Positions 1-10,193 are shown, counted from the stretch's first letter. The stretch is DNA of 64,000 nt from Candidatus Latescibacterota bacterium (GCA_965243025.1 CBDETY010000003.1:6624001-6688000); one strand, 5' to 3'. The notes: generated from the sequence alone by a model not told the origin. Made by a program: numbers and translations.

Positions 1-1
1 G

Positions 2-271
2 GTGCCATGCCAGCCATATGCGGAAGTCGAGGTCGGAGGGATTATACTCCTCACCAAACGTGGAGCCGAAATCCGGCGTCAGATCAAGACCTGTCAGAGA
101 AGGTTCACCAATTACGGTAAGCCAGTCGCCTATCTCTCCGTCATGGATATCGATCTCGGAGAGCAGTTCGTCCGGTATCTCGAATATGGGCACCACGCGT
201 TCGCCCACATGACCTGAGCATAAGGAAGCAGTAACTGCAAGCAGGGTAATTGTCCGAAAGATATCCCGCAT
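2..271 (-). CDS. Secreted protein, paralog of 299..1204 (N-terminal part only; runs off the left edge)
   Basis: Not in the ORF track. Manual translation from ATG at 271: MRDIFRTITLLAVTASLCSGHVGERVVPIFEIPDELLSEIDIHDGEIGDWLTVIGEPSLTGLDL...YNPSDLDFRIWLAWH. Aligns colinearly with 299..1204 (HFGTRIVPIFELTDEMVEQIDIHDGSIEDW...YNPPDFDFRLWLAWH). Confidence 0.85.
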   Translation of the reverse strand, partial: MRDIFRTITLLAVTASLCSGHVGERVVPIFEIPDELLSEIDIHDGEIGDWLTVIGEPSLTGLDLTPDFGSTFGEEYNPSDLDFRIWLAWH

Positions 272-298
272 TGTTATCCGGCTGCCCAAGACATTCGG

Positions 299-1204
299 TC
301 AGGGTTGGAGTGAGGCTTTTATGCGTCCCCATGAGATTGACTGTACCGAGCTTGCCACTGTTTCATCAGCAGGCACGAGTAGCCCATCAGCAAAATAGTC
401 CGGGCCAAGGGGGTCAGCCGATGGAAATGAAAACCGTGAATCGGTCGTTGAGTTGGGGGGAGTTGTCTTTGGGGCGTCGTCGTCCAGAACTCCCAGCCTG
501 AACCCTATCACATTGCCTGGAGAGAGCAACGATCTTTCTGTTTTCTCCTGGCTCGCGGGAATCAATCGGTCGAATGGAGTGACATACATTTCCGTTATCC
601 AGATTGCTGGATTTTCACCAGCTACTGAACCGGCCCCATCAGCAAAGGGAGGTTCCCCGAACCAACAACACTCTTCTTCAAACGTTAACTTGGTCCACCC
701 AACAAAAACGGGGGGATCTTCCAGGCTGCTGTAGGGGTTTGCGCTGAAAAACTGGTTTTCCTCAGACAAGCTCGCGAGGTCTTCTTTATCGGGGCCGGGC
801 GGTCCGTAGATTCCGCCGGAATGATCAGCGTCTATCTCCAGGTTTGTTGCACCATCGAGCGCAACCTCACCGTCAGCGGGTACAACATGAACTTCATCGG
901 CACCCTGCACGGCGAGGTATACATGGCTGGTTCTCCTGTGCCAAGCCAACCATAATCGGAAGTCGAAATCAGGGGGATTGTATGGCTGCCCAAGAAAAAC
1001 CACAAAGTCGAGTGCCGTAAGCGTAGGCTCCCCGACAACCTCGACCCAGTCTTCAATGGATCCATCATGTATATCAATCTGTTCAACCATTTCGTCAGTT
1101 AGTTCGAATATGGGTACTATTCGCGTGCCAAAGTGGCCCCGACATATCGATGCAGATGCGGTGATTACAACCAGTAGAATTAGGGGTCTGAAAGTCGAAG
1201 TCAT
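299..1204 (-). CDS. Secreted acidic protein, possible CBM9/DOMON-like sugar-binding fold, C-terminal SWGRIK tail
   Basis: Signal-peptide-like N-terminus; IDIHDG..EDW, IDADHSGG and EMYVTPF motifs shared with 19614..20564; ends SSVQSISWGRIKASLQP. Fold assignment is inference. Confidence 0.75.
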   Translation of the reverse strand: MTSTFRPLILLVVITASASICRGHFGTRIVPIFELTDEMVEQIDIHDGSIEDWVEVVGEPTLTALDFVVFLGQPYNPPDFDFRLWLAWHRRTSHVYLAVQGADEVHVVPADGEVALDGATNLEIDADHSGGIYGPPGPDKEDLASLSEENQFFSANPYSSLEDPPVFVGWTKLTFEEECCWFGEPPFADGAGSVAGENPAIWITEMYVTPFDRLIPASQEKTERSLLSPGNVIGFRLGVLDDDAPKTTPPNSTTDSRFSFPSADPLGPDYFADGLLVPADETVASSVQSISWGRIKASLQP

Positions 1205-1293
1205 TTTCGTTTCACCTTAACCCGAACGTCCTTGGGTTGATCCTGCTGTTCTCCGAGAGGAGTGCCTTTTCTTGAGCGGGAGCAACACGCCGT

Positions 1294-2697
1294 TTAGAAA
1301 CCGGTCGTCGGCCTGGGGCCGACGTCGACGGAGAGGGCGAGCCGGTTGAAGCTGGCGAGCATCAGCTCCGCCTTGACGCCGGCGAGCCGCGGGTCGTCCC
1401 AGCGGTTGTCGAACTCTCCCGGATCCTCCTGCAGGTCGTAGAGGCGTCCGGTGTTGCGGTTGTGGTGGACGATCAGCTTGTAGCGCCGGTCGCGGATCAT
1501 GGTTGCATAGCTGCCCTCGAAGGTGGGGCGCAGGTGCGGGGACAGGGTCTGGTCGCGGAAGTACTCGCAGTGCACCCGGTCGCGGTGCTCGTCGGCGGTC
1601 CCCTCGAGCAGCCCGTTCAGCGAGGTCCCCTGCATTCGGGGAGGCCGCTCCACTCCGGCGTGCTCGAGCAGGGTAGGAGCCAGGTCGATCAGCTCGACCA
1701 GGGCGTCGCTCACCCGGCCGCCGTGGAAGCGCCCCGGCCATGACAGGATCAGCGGCACGCGCACCGAGGCTTCGAAGAAGGCGCACCCCTTGTTGGTGTG
1801 AAACCCGTGGTCGCCGAGCAGCTCGCCGTGGTCGGAGGTGAAGATGACGATGGTGTCGTCGCGCTGGCCCGCCTCCTCCAGGGCGTCGAGCAGGCGCCCG
1901 ACGTTGTGGTCGATCAGCTCGATCATGGCGTAGTAGGCAGCCTTTATCCGCCGGCCTCCAAGCTCTGCGGGCGGCAGCGGCGGTTCGGCGAAGCCGTCCA
2001 CCCCGGCGAACGGCCGGTGGGCGTCGACGTCGGAATCCCGCCACAGCGGCCCGGGCAGGCTGTCGGGATCGTAGCGGCGCAGGTACTCCCCCGGAGGGTC
2101 GAACGGCGGGTGGGGGTCGAAGGGGTTGACGCTGAACATCCACGGCCCGTCCCGCTCTTCCCGGATGAAATCGATCGCCCTGTCGGCGCACCAGGACGTC
2201 TGGTGCAGCTCCGGAGGCATGGTCTCCGGTGCCTCGTTGAAGGCGCCGAGGTCGTGACCCTGCCCTTTCAGCCAGTCGGCGTACTCGTGGCCCTCCTCCC
2301 AGCGGTCGATGGAGTCGTGGCTCCAGTGGAACACGCGGTAGCCGTCGTCGCCGCGGGGCTCGATGCGCCCCTGGGCCCCGGCGAGGTGGAGCTTTCCAGA
2401 AAGGCCGCAGTCGTAGCCGGCGTCGGCGAGCAGCCTGGGGAGAAGCGGCGCGGCCCCTGCCCAGTAGTCGTTGCCGTTCATGCAGGCGCGCACGCTTCCC
2501 GGGTACATGCCGGTGAGAAAGCTGGCGCGGCTCGGCGTGCAGACCGGGCATTGGGCGAAGGCGTGGGTGAAAGCGACTCCCTCGGCGGCCAGGCGGTCGA
2601 TGTTGGGGGTGTCGATCCTGTCGTTGCCGAGGCAGCCGATGGTGTCCCAGCGCTGCTGGTCGGTGCAGATCCAGAGGATGTTGGGTCGGTCCGGCAT
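1294..2697 (-). CDS. Sulfatase (Cys-type, formylglycine-dependent)
   Basis: RPNILWICTDQQR, CTPSRASFLTG (CxPxR), GKLHL, DPHPPF, FTSDHGE, LYDLQEDPGE; start placed at MPDR (2697). Confidence 0.95.
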   Translation of the reverse strand: MPDRPNILWICTDQQRWDTIGCLGNDRIDTPNIDRLAAEGVAFTHAFAQCPVCTPSRASFLTGMYPGSVRACMNGNDYWAGAAPLLPRLLADAGYDCGLSGKLHLAGAQGRIEPRGDDGYRVFHWSHDSIDRWEEGHEYADWLKGQGHDLGAFNEAPETMPPELHQTSWCADRAIDFIREERDGPWMFSVNPFDPHPPFDPPGEYLRRYDPDSLPGPLWRDSDVDAHRPFAGVDGFAEPPLPPAELGGRRIKAAYYAMIELIDHNVGRLLDALEEAGQRDDTIVIFTSDHGELLGDHGFHTNKGCAFFEASVRVPLILSWPGRFHGGRVSDALVELIDLAPTLLEHAGVERPPRMQGTSLNGLLEGTADEHRDRVHCEYFRDQTLSPHLRPTFEGSYATMIRDRRYKLIVHHNRNTGRLYDLQEDPGEFDNRWDDPRLAGVKAELMLASFNRLALSVDVGPRPTTGF

Positions 2698-3044
2698 GAG
2701 GGTTGACTCCGGGATTTCGAGGGCTTTTCGGGTTCCTGGCCGACTGCTTTGCAGTCCCACTCCGCTCCGGTTCAGACAAGGTCTCGACAGGGCGACGCGA
2801 ATGACCGGGTGCGAAACAGGCTTGCAGGACGGTCGGCGTTTGCGATACTCGAAGGATCGCCTGAAATTCGCCCGAAGCAGACTTCCCGCAGCCGGATGGG
2901 AAGCGGATCCCCGGACTGGGAATCCCCGGACGAACCTGCTTTACCCCACCCGGTCCGACCGATTCTGCCGCCGCCGCGAAGCCATGGCCTGAGCGGGCTG
3001 TAAAGCGGGCAGGTCAACCTAACGATCATACCCCGGAGAGAGAA

Positions 3045-3893
3045 ATGGCCACCTCGAAATCCCGCAGCAAGGGAAAGAAACCGCTGCTGATCCTGTTGTC
3101 CCCGGCCAAGTCGCTCGACTTCGAGACCCCGGCTCCCGCCGGGAAGGCCGGAGTCCCGCGCTTCCTGAAGCAGCAGACCGCGGAGCTCGCCGGCGTACTC
3201 AAGGAGAAAACCGCGGTCGAGCTCGCCGGCCTGATGAGCCTGAGCGGAAGGCTGGCGGACCTGAACTTCCGGCGCAACCAGAGCTTCGATGCGGCCGTCA
3301 TCGAGAAGCAGGCCGGGCGGAAAGCCGGCCCCGCCGCAACCCCGCTTCCGGCAAAGCAGGCCCTTTGGGCCTTCACCGGGGACGTGTACCAGGGGTTCGA
3401 CGCCGGGTCCCTGAAGGCCGGGGGAATCGACCGCGCCCAGGAGAGGGTCCGCATCCTGTCCGGTCTGTACGGGTTTCTCAAACCCCTCGACCTGATGCTG
3501 CCCTACCGGCTGGAGATGGGCACGAAGCTCGAGAATCCGAGAGGCAGGGACCTCTACCAGTTCTGGGGCAGCGCCATCACCGAGGGGCTCGCCGAGGAGA
3601 ATCCTGCCTGGGTCTGCAACCTCGCCAGCCAGGAGTACTACCGGTCGGTGCGCGAGAAGGAGCTGCCCTGTCCGGTGGTGCACCCGGTCTTCAAGGACGA
3701 GTCGAAGGGAGAGTTCAAGGTCCTGGGGATGTTCGCCAAGTACGCGCGCGGACTGATGGCGCGCTGGCTCGTCGACAACGACCTCAGGGAAGCGGAGGGT
3801 CTGCGCGGCTTCCACGCCGGCGGGTACGAGTTCAGCGAGCCGGAGTCGACCCCTGCCAAGCCGGTGTTCAAACGCCCGGCTGCGGCGAGGTGA
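3045..3893 (+). CDS. yaaA: Peroxide stress protein YaaA (DUF328/UPF0246)
   Basis: ILLSPAKSLDF, FTGDVYQG, ILSGLYGFLKPLDLMLPYRLEMG, NLASQEY, AKYARGLMAR. Confidence 0.93.
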   Translation: MATSKSRSKGKKPLLILLSPAKSLDFETPAPAGKAGVPRFLKQQTAELAGVLKEKTAVELAGLMSLSGRLADLNFRRNQSFDAAVIEKQAGRKAGPAATPLPAKQALWAFTGDVYQGFDAGSLKAGGIDRAQERVRILSGLYGFLKPLDLMLPYRLEMGTKLENPRGRDLYQFWGSAITEGLAEENPAWVCNLASQEYYRSVREKELPCPVVHPVFKDESKGEFKVLGMFAKYARGLMARWLVDNDLREAEGLRGFHAGGYEFSEPESTPAKPVFKRPAAAR

Positions 3894-4092
3894 GGGCGAA
3901 CGGTGGACCTGCCGACCCTCGACGGCGCGGCGATCCCGTTCCCCCGAACGCGGTTTCCGCAGCCACCCCAGGCCCGGGATGAACCTCGATGACGGAAATC
4001 CCTGCAGGGGATGTCGTCGGAGTCCCTCCATACCGAACTGCAGAAACCGGCGCGAGCCGTTGGCGCGATGAAATGACAGGAGGGTTGCAGGG

Positions 4093-4962
4093 ATGACCGA
4101 AGCGATCGGGAAACCGGATCCGGGATACCGCTACGAGTTCTCCACCGGGGAGCTCGACCCGATGTCGGCCTGCCTCGAAGCGCACGGCTACGCGATCGTC
4201 AAGGATGTGCTGCCGGACCACATCGTCGCCGGACTCAGGAAGGCGGTGTGGGACGGCACGGACCCGGACCGCACCCTGGGGCCGGGGGAGTCGCGGACGC
4301 GCCACGCCTGGATCGAGTCGGGGCCGGGGGCCTGGTCGCTGCTCGAGTACGAGCCCTTCATGGAGATCCACCGGCACCTGATCGGCACGGACGAGCTGAC
4401 CGTTCACCGCTCCGCGGCCATCATCCGCATGCCCGGGTCGGAGCCGGTCCGCTGGCACACCGACTGGTGCGGGTTCTCCGAGGGGCCGCCGAAGAACTCC
4501 GGCGACGTCCTCAACCGCGGCCTGTGGCCCTCGGGAAAGTGGTTCTACATCACCGGGTCGCGTCCGGTCCACGGAGGTCTCTGCGTCGTCGAGGATTCCC
4601 ACCTCGAGGGCTGGGAGGGCCCGGAAGGGTTCGCGCTGACCCGCGACCGCCGCTCGTTCTTTCCCGAGGGGGAAGAGGAAGCGAGCTACGACGGCTTCGA
4701 GATCCCGGGGCTCATTCCCCTTTTCACCGACCCGGGCGACATGATCGTCTTCGCTCACCGCACCTTTCACGGGGCCTTTGCCAACAACCTCGACGAGGTC
4801 CGGCTGTCCTGCGCCATCGGCTTTCGCGACCGCAATCACCGCATCGAGGTTCCCTGGGAGATACCGGAGAGCGGTCAGCGGTTCCTGGCCGGGTTGCCGG
4901 CGCACCTGCAGCGGTACGTCGACGGGTACACCAGCATCGATCTCGCCTGGAGGGGGGCGTAG
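4093..4962 (+). CDS. Phytanoyl-CoA dioxygenase (PhyH) family Fe(II)/2OG oxygenase
   Basis: HGYAIVKDVL, WHTD (HxD), PGDMIVFAHRTFHG..N...R; AGGAGG upstream. Confidence 0.85.
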   Translation: MTEAIGKPDPGYRYEFSTGELDPMSACLEAHGYAIVKDVLPDHIVAGLRKAVWDGTDPDRTLGPGESRTRHAWIESGPGAWSLLEYEPFMEIHRHLIGTDELTVHRSAAIIRMPGSEPVRWHTDWCGFSEGPPKNSGDVLNRGLWPSGKWFYITGSRPVHGGLCVVEDSHLEGWEGPEGFALTRDRRSFFPEGEEEASYDGFEIPGLIPLFTDPGDMIVFAHRTFHGAFANNLDEVRLSCAIGFRDRNHRIEVPWEIPESGQRFLAGLPAHLQRYVDGYTSIDLAWRGA

Positions 4963-5004
4963 GCTCTACTCCCCGGGTCAGGCAGGCCGGCTGCGGGGAT
5001 GGCT

Positions 5005-7056
5005 TCAGAACGCCGCCGCGGCGGTTCTGACCACTTCGAAGGCGCCGCGGCCGGTGGTGGCCGTGACCCGGCACAGGTACAGCCCCGGAGGCACCCGGCG
5101 CCCCGCTTCGTCGCCGCCGTCCCATACCGCCTCGTTCGGCCCGGCGCGCTGCCCGGGCAGCACCAGGCGCCGCACCGGCCGGCCCGCCAGGTTGTAGAAG
5201 ACGATCTCCACGTCCGCCTCCATCACCCCGAACAGCGAATAGGCCACCATCAGGCGGTCGTTGACGCCGTCGCCGTCGGGGGTGAACACCGGCGGCCGCA
5301 GCTCGACGCCGCCGACGGTCCGCGGCACCGCCTCCGTCGCGGCGACGACCCTGAGCCGGTCGCTGCCGATCTCCCCGGTGGCGTTCCCCTCCGGGATCAG
5401 CTGGCGCACCCCGGGGCGCCGGCGGTCGAACACCTGTCCTTTCAGCCGGGTCGACACCGTGAAGAAGGTGGTCGTCAGGTCGAGCCGCAGCTCCGCATCC
5501 TCCTCGATCCGTTGCGGCAGGTACACCGTCAGGCCCCCGGCGTCGGCTGCGACGCTGTCGGGCCGCACCTCGACCAGCGGGTCGCCGATGCGCAGGCGGC
5601 GCAGCAGCGGCGGCGACGGCGTCGAGATGGAAAGGGCGTCGAAGCCGCCGGCGCGCTCCGGGAACCGGGCCCGGACCGCGCAGGTCAGGTCCACCGGCTC
5701 GCCCAGGGGCACCCGGGCGAGCCGGGCGGAAGCCAGGTCGCCGGTCACCCCGACCTCGGCCGCCAGGTCGGGCACCAGCAGGGGCGCGATCGCGAACGCC
5801 AGCGAGTCCAGGCGCGCCCCTTCTTCCGGGACCGGGGTGGTGAACTCGACCTCGAACTGCAGGTAGCGGCCGCCGGGCATCTCCAGCGCCGTCTCCGGTT
5901 CCGACAGGGGGCTCGACCAGGGGGTCCAGTGCTCGAGGTCGTCGCCGACCGGCCCCTTCCAGCCGACGAACTTCTCGGTCAGCGGTCCGTCGCGGGGTTT
6001 GAGGGCCTGGTGTCCGGCGCGGTCGATCTCGACGACCTCCCTCTGGTCGTTCCAGGTGAAGTAGGAGCGCGGGTCCGGGTCGGTGCCGGTGCGGATGCGG
6101 ACCCCGGCCCTTGCGCGGGCGTCCGCCGCGGGCTCAAGCCGCCCTTCCCGGCGGCGCCACTTGCTGGCGTGGAAAACCACCCGGGCGGCGGTCGCCGGCT
6201 CCCCGAGATCGATGACGCGGCTGCGGTACCTCGCCTCCGCGGCGAAGCCGCTGCCGTAGGCCTCGAACTCGGCGTAGGTCCAGTGGTCTTCGTACCCCCA
6301 GTCGAGCCCGGGGATGCCGGCGTTGTAGCTGCGCCAGCGCAGGTAGCGCAGGTAGCGCCGCGGGAAGGTCAGCTCTATGGGGGCATGGATGTTCTGCGAC
6401 ACCCGCCCCAGCAGGAACCGCAAAGGCTGGTAGTTGAAGCGTTCCAGCTGGGGCAGGAGGTGGCCCTCGGTGCTGATCTCGGCCTCGTCGGGGCTGCCCG
6501 ACAGCTCGCCGTCGGGGGGGATCTCCCGCGCCAGGGGGGTGCCGTCGCGGTAGGTGACCGAGTCGGGCGGGGCCTGGATGACGAAGCGCTGCAGCGGCAC
6601 CCGGGCCCCCAGGTCGAGAGTGTACCACTCGGAGAACTCCCAGCGCTTCAGCTTGCTGGAATAGGTCGCGCGATCCCCGTCGAAGAAGTCCTCCGGCCGG
6701 AAGGCGTAGACGCCGTGGGTGTTGTGATTGCGGTTCCAGCGCCACATGCGGGGGATGCCGTCCTCCCAGAAGACGTCGACCGGCTCCTGGAAGATGCGCC
6801 AGGTGTGGCTGTTGAAGAGCTCGTGCAGGAGGTTCCGGCCGGGCAGCAGCTCGCGCGGCTGGAGAGCGCCGGCAACGGCGGCGTGATCGGCCATGACGTT
6901 CAGGTCCACCCAGTCGCCCCAGGATTCCCCGGTGCGTCCGCCGAAGGTCAGGGTGCGCAGGTCGTCGGCGGCCATCCGGCAGGGGAGCAGCGCGCAGGCG
7001 ACGGCCGCAACCACGGCGACAGGGTGGTTCCGGGCGGGTGGTCCGCGGCGATTCAA
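5005..7056 (-). CDS. Secreted protein with C-terminal FlgD-Ig / T9SS-like CTD; paralog of 20651 and 23640 proteins
   Basis: Signal peptide; AEFEAYGSGF, WTPWSSP, RYLQF; C-terminus FTPDGDGVND...FYNLAGRPVR...WDGGDEAGRRVPPGLYLCRV. Confidence 0.8.
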   Translation of the reverse strand: MNRRGPPARNHPVAVVAAVACALLPCRMAADDLRTLTFGGRTGESWGDWVDLNVMADHAAVAGALQPRELLPGRNLLHELFNSHTWRIFQEPVDVFWEDGIPRMWRWNRNHNTHGVYAFRPEDFFDGDRATYSSKLKRWEFSEWYTLDLGARVPLQRFVIQAPPDSVTYRDGTPLAREIPPDGELSGSPDEAEISTEGHLLPQLERFNYQPLRFLLGRVSQNIHAPIELTFPRRYLRYLRWRSYNAGIPGLDWGYEDHWTYAEFEAYGSGFAAEARYRSRVIDLGEPATAARVVFHASKWRRREGRLEPAADARARAGVRIRTGTDPDPRSYFTWNDQREVVEIDRAGHQALKPRDGPLTEKFVGWKGPVGDDLEHWTPWSSPLSEPETALEMPGGRYLQFEVEFTTPVPEEGARLDSLAFAIAPLLVPDLAAEVGVTGDLASARLARVPLGEPVDLTCAVRARFPERAGGFDALSISTPSPPLLRRLRIGDPLVEVRPDSVAADAGGLTVYLPQRIEEDAELRLDLTTTFFTVSTRLKGQVFDRRRPGVRQLIPEGNATGEIGSDRLRVVAATEAVPRTVGGVELRPPVFTPDGDGVNDRLMVAYSLFGVMEADVEIVFYNLAGRPVRRLVLPGQRAGPNEAVWDGGDEAGRRVPPGLYLCRVTATTGRGAFEVVRTAAAAF

Positions 7057-7137
7057 GGTGGCGAACGGATGGAAGGTCGGTGCCAGGCCCTCAAATGGCT
7101 CGGGGGAAGAACGGCAGGGAAATGCCGGACCGGGCCA

Positions 7138-7902
7138 CTAAGTCTCCGATCTTCCGGCCTGGTAGGAGTAGTTCTCCGCCCCGGTAACGGTGCCGTCGGG
7201 GTTGAAGGTGCGCGCCTCGATCGCGGGAGTCTCCCCTTTCGAGATCCGCTCCAGCACCCCGGTCACGCGGGGCACCACGATCTCGATGGCGCGACGCCCC
7301 TTCTCCGCGGTGGCGAGCCTGGTGTCGGCGTCGTCGATATCCTCGACGTGGACGCGCTCCGGGAAGGCGGCGAGGGCAAACGAGGTTTCGAACTCGTTGG
7401 CATGTCCGGGAAGGCGCTTGCTGTCCATGAGCGAGTGGGCCTCCTCTTGCGTGTACAGGTCCCAGTAGGAGATGCAGACCACGTTGGCTCTGAGGAGCTG
7501 GCGGTAGCGGATCATCTCCTTGCCGAGGGCGTGTATGTGGCCGCCGTGGCCGTTGAGGACGAGAATGTTGCCGATGCCGGCGCGGGTAATGCTTTCGCAG
7601 ATGTCGAATACGTAGTCGAGAAAGGTGCCGACGCGGGTCGTCAGGGTCCCCGGGTGGGGCATGTGGTGCTCGGACACTCCGACCTGCACCGTCGGCGCCA
7701 CCACCACCCTCGGGTGCAGGGCCAGGGCGGCCTGGTGCGCCACGTGGGTGACCGCGGCGCTGTCGTGGCACATTTCGAGATGCTCGAGGTGCTGCTCGAT
7801 GGTGCCGGTCGGCACCACCGCGGCCTCGATGGTGCCGGCTGCCAGCATCTCCCTGAACTCCTTGCGGGTGAAATCTCCAATAAGGATGCGCTTCTCTCGC
7901 AT
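7138..7902 (-). CDS. Creatininase / creatinine amidohydrolase family protein
   Basis: PTGTIEQH..HL...HD, SEHHMPHPGTL, NGHGGH, HANEFETS; GAGGAG RBS before ATG at 7902. Confidence 0.9.
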   Translation of the reverse strand: MREKRILIGDFTRKEFREMLAAGTIEAAVVPTGTIEQHLEHLEMCHDSAAVTHVAHQAALALHPRVVVAPTVQVGVSEHHMPHPGTLTTRVGTFLDYVFDICESITRAGIGNILVLNGHGGHIHALGKEMIRYRQLLRANVVCISYWDLYTQEEAHSLMDSKRLPGHANEFETSFALAAFPERVHVEDIDDADTRLATAEKGRRAIEIVVPRVTGVLERISKGETPAIEARTFNPDGTVTGAENYSYQAGRSET

Positions 7903-8099
7903 TGTTGTCTCCTCTCGAACTGCTGTCCCCTCGGCGGGACCAGGGGAAGCAATGGTTGGGTAAGGTGGCCGGGCAGGCAGCCGGTATTCCGGGAAGTGTC
8001 CGGGGTTTTGAAATGGCGCGCCTTGTACCCGTGCGACTTGGGGAAAGGATCGGGGCGCAGGCTGTAGAATAGGCCATCCCTCTTGGGCCAACCAGAATA

Positions 8100-8291
8100 C
8101 CGGATCACCTGACGCCGCCCCCGGGTCAGCCCCGGGTCGCCGCTGCGCCTGACGACGCTGCGCGAGAAGGGGCGCCGGCTGCGGCACATGCTCCCGCGAC
8201 AGGTGCAGACCGGGGTGCCGTCGGCCGCCCGGGCGATGCCGGCGAAGGCCTCGTTGATACCGTCGTTTCGGGAGAGGGTTTATTTCTCCAT
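8100..8291 (-). pseudogene. Degraded N-terminal fragment of a sialidase/BNR (Asp-box) protein
   Basis: One frame reads MEK*TLSRNDGINEAFAGIARAADGTPVCTCRGSMCRSRRPFSRSVVRRSGDPGLTRGRRQVI. There is an in-frame TAA at codon 4 and an Asp-box-like SGDPGLTR (SxDxGxTW with TGG->CGG). Confidence 0.5.
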
Positions 8292-8445
8292 AGTTTGGTC
8301 GCCATCCGGAAGGGTGTGGAAGCGGGGCAGGCCGGGGGATCGGATTCGTCTCCCGGATCCCCGCGCAGAAGGGAGGGACAAGATGGCATGCGGTCCCGCC
8401 CGGGGGCAACGGGCGGGATTCCCTGCCGAAAAGGACTCGGGAACC

Positions 8446-10038
8446 ATGGCAAAACCGCGCATCATGTTCGACCACGACGGGCGGCATCCCCTCATCTACA
8501 TGTACGAGCCCCCGATACGGAGAGAGGAGCTGGAGGCCGCCGTGGACGAGCTGGTCGGCACTCCCGTGGAGGCGCTGATGCTGACCCTGGGGGACATCCG
8601 CAGCCTTCTCTACGATTCCCGGGCCGGTGAGCTCTGGGGCCGGGACGTCGAGAAGTGGCCCCACCTGATCTGGCGGAGGGCCAACCAGAACTTCAGATCC
8701 CTTGTCGCCGGGGGGAACGACCCTCTGCGGGTGCTGTGCGAGCGGGCCCACGCCAAGGGGATGCAGCTCTACGCCACCCTGCTGGCCCAGCAGGGGCCGA
8801 GGGAGCGCATGCTGAAAAGCTGGGAGGAGGAGGATTTCTCCGCCGACGACTGGCGGTTCAGGCTGCACCCGCTCGACATAGGCTCCAGGGGCGGGGTGGA
8901 GCGCGACTGGCCGGGTTACCGCTGCCCCGACTTCGCCCACCCGGAGGTGCGGGCACGCACCCTGGCCGTTGTCGAGGAGGTCGTGGCCAACTACCCGGTT
9001 GACGGCTTCGAGCTGCAGCTGAACTACACCCCCTGGTATTTCCACCCCGACGAAACGGAAGCGGGAAGGCCGATCATGACCGAGTGGATCGGACAGGTGC
9101 GCGAGGCGGTCAAGGCCCGGGGCGGCGGACGGGAGCTTGCCGTGCACGTGCCCGCCGACGTCGAAGGGGGGCTGGCGGTCGGCCTCGAGCCGCTGGAGTG
9201 GATGCGGCGGGGAATCGTCGACGCGGTGATCCCGGAGGCCTCCGGCATGGCGGACCCGTCGGCCGATTTCACTCCCTTCGTCGAGGCGGCGCGCGGCACC
9301 TCATGCCGGGTGATCGCCGCCATCCAGAACCGGGTCAACTCCGACCGCATCGGGGAGGGGACCATCGAGATGATGAGGGCGGGGGCCTGCAACTTCTGGG
9401 CGCAGGGGATCGACGGCCTCTACCTCGCGCACTGGTTCGGGAGCTGGCCGTACGGGGCGGAATTCTACGAGAAGCTGCGCGAAATCGCAGACCCGGAGGT
9501 GATGGCGGCGAAGGACAAGTTCTACCGCGTGCCGACTGCGACGGAAGCGCCGCCGAAACCGGTGGTGCCGCCGCAGAAGCCCGACCCGCTGCCCGCGCCG
9601 CTGCAGGAAGGGGCGGCGGTGCGCCTGGAGTTCGCCGTCAGCGACGACCTGCCGTGCCGGGACCGCGCCGGCAGGGTGCACGAGGTGCTCCTGCGGGTGC
9701 GGCTGGCCGAGGTCACGGAGCTGGACCGCATCGAGTTCGCGCTCAACGGCAGGGTCCTGCCGGAGCGTCTGCTGCGCCGGCTCAACCAGATGTACGTCAT
9801 GTCGGCGCCGAGGTTCCGGGTTTTCGGGTACTGGTTCATTTTCCGGCTCGACCGGGAGCACTGGCCTGCCCGCGGCGGCAACGTCCTGGAGGTGACCCTG
9901 GTGCGCAGGGATCCGGCGGTGATTCCGGAGGCGAGCGTCCGCGACGTCGAGATCGAGGTCAGGTACCTGAAGGGGAAGAGCTTCCACCGGGACTTCGTCG
10001 ACCCCGACCTCGGCCCCTGGGAGCGCAAGGGCTCGTGA
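8446..10038 (+). CDS. Putative glycoside-hydrolase-like TIM-barrel protein (GHL10-like) with C-terminal beta domain
   Basis: DPLRVLCERAHAKGMQLYA, PDFAHPEVR...VEEVVANYPVDGFELQ, GIDGLYL; start at MAKPRIMFDHDG. Confidence 0.7.
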   Translation: MAKPRIMFDHDGRHPLIYMYEPPIRREELEAAVDELVGTPVEALMLTLGDIRSLLYDSRAGELWGRDVEKWPHLIWRRANQNFRSLVAGGNDPLRVLCERAHAKGMQLYATLLAQQGPRERMLKSWEEEDFSADDWRFRLHPLDIGSRGGVERDWPGYRCPDFAHPEVRARTLAVVEEVVANYPVDGFELQLNYTPWYFHPDETEAGRPIMTEWIGQVREAVKARGGGRELAVHVPADVEGGLAVGLEPLEWMRRGIVDAVIPEASGMADPSADFTPFVEAARGTSCRVIAAIQNRVNSDRIGEGTIEMMRAGACNFWAQGIDGLYLAHWFGSWPYGAEFYEKLREIADPEVMAAKDKFYRVPTATEAPPKPVVPPQKPDPLPAPLQEGAAVRLEFAVSDDLPCRDRAGRVHEVLLRVRLAEVTELDRIEFALNGRVLPERLLRRLNQMYVMSAPRFRVFGYWFIFRLDREHWPARGGNVLEVTLVRRDPAVIPEASVRDVEIEVRYLKGKSFHRDFVDPDLGPWERKGS

Positions 10039-10193
10039 AAGGACTCGGGCTGTCCGGGCCGGTTCGCCGGGGGTGTTCTCGGGGACGGCTCGGCTGTCCG
10101 CCGGCAGCCGCGGGAGCCGTGCTGTGCTCGTGGAAGGCCTCAAACTCCCGGCGGCGGCGACAGGAGAACAGAAGGAAATAAGGAGGGTCGACC

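Noticed and set aside
4999-8067. 1022-aa plus-strand ORF (similarly 15274..18498, 47636..50932, 36280..38712, 52620..54773)
   Set aside because: Shadow ORFs antisense to, or out of frame with, well-supported genes. Their Arg/Pro/Gly- or Val/Asp-rich composition is typical of stop-poor frames in high-GC DNA.
7903-9147. Long N-terminal extension of the creatininase ORF (669 aa as called)
   Set aside because: Overlaps the plus-strand GH-like gene; a clear RBS and the family N-terminus lie at 7902.
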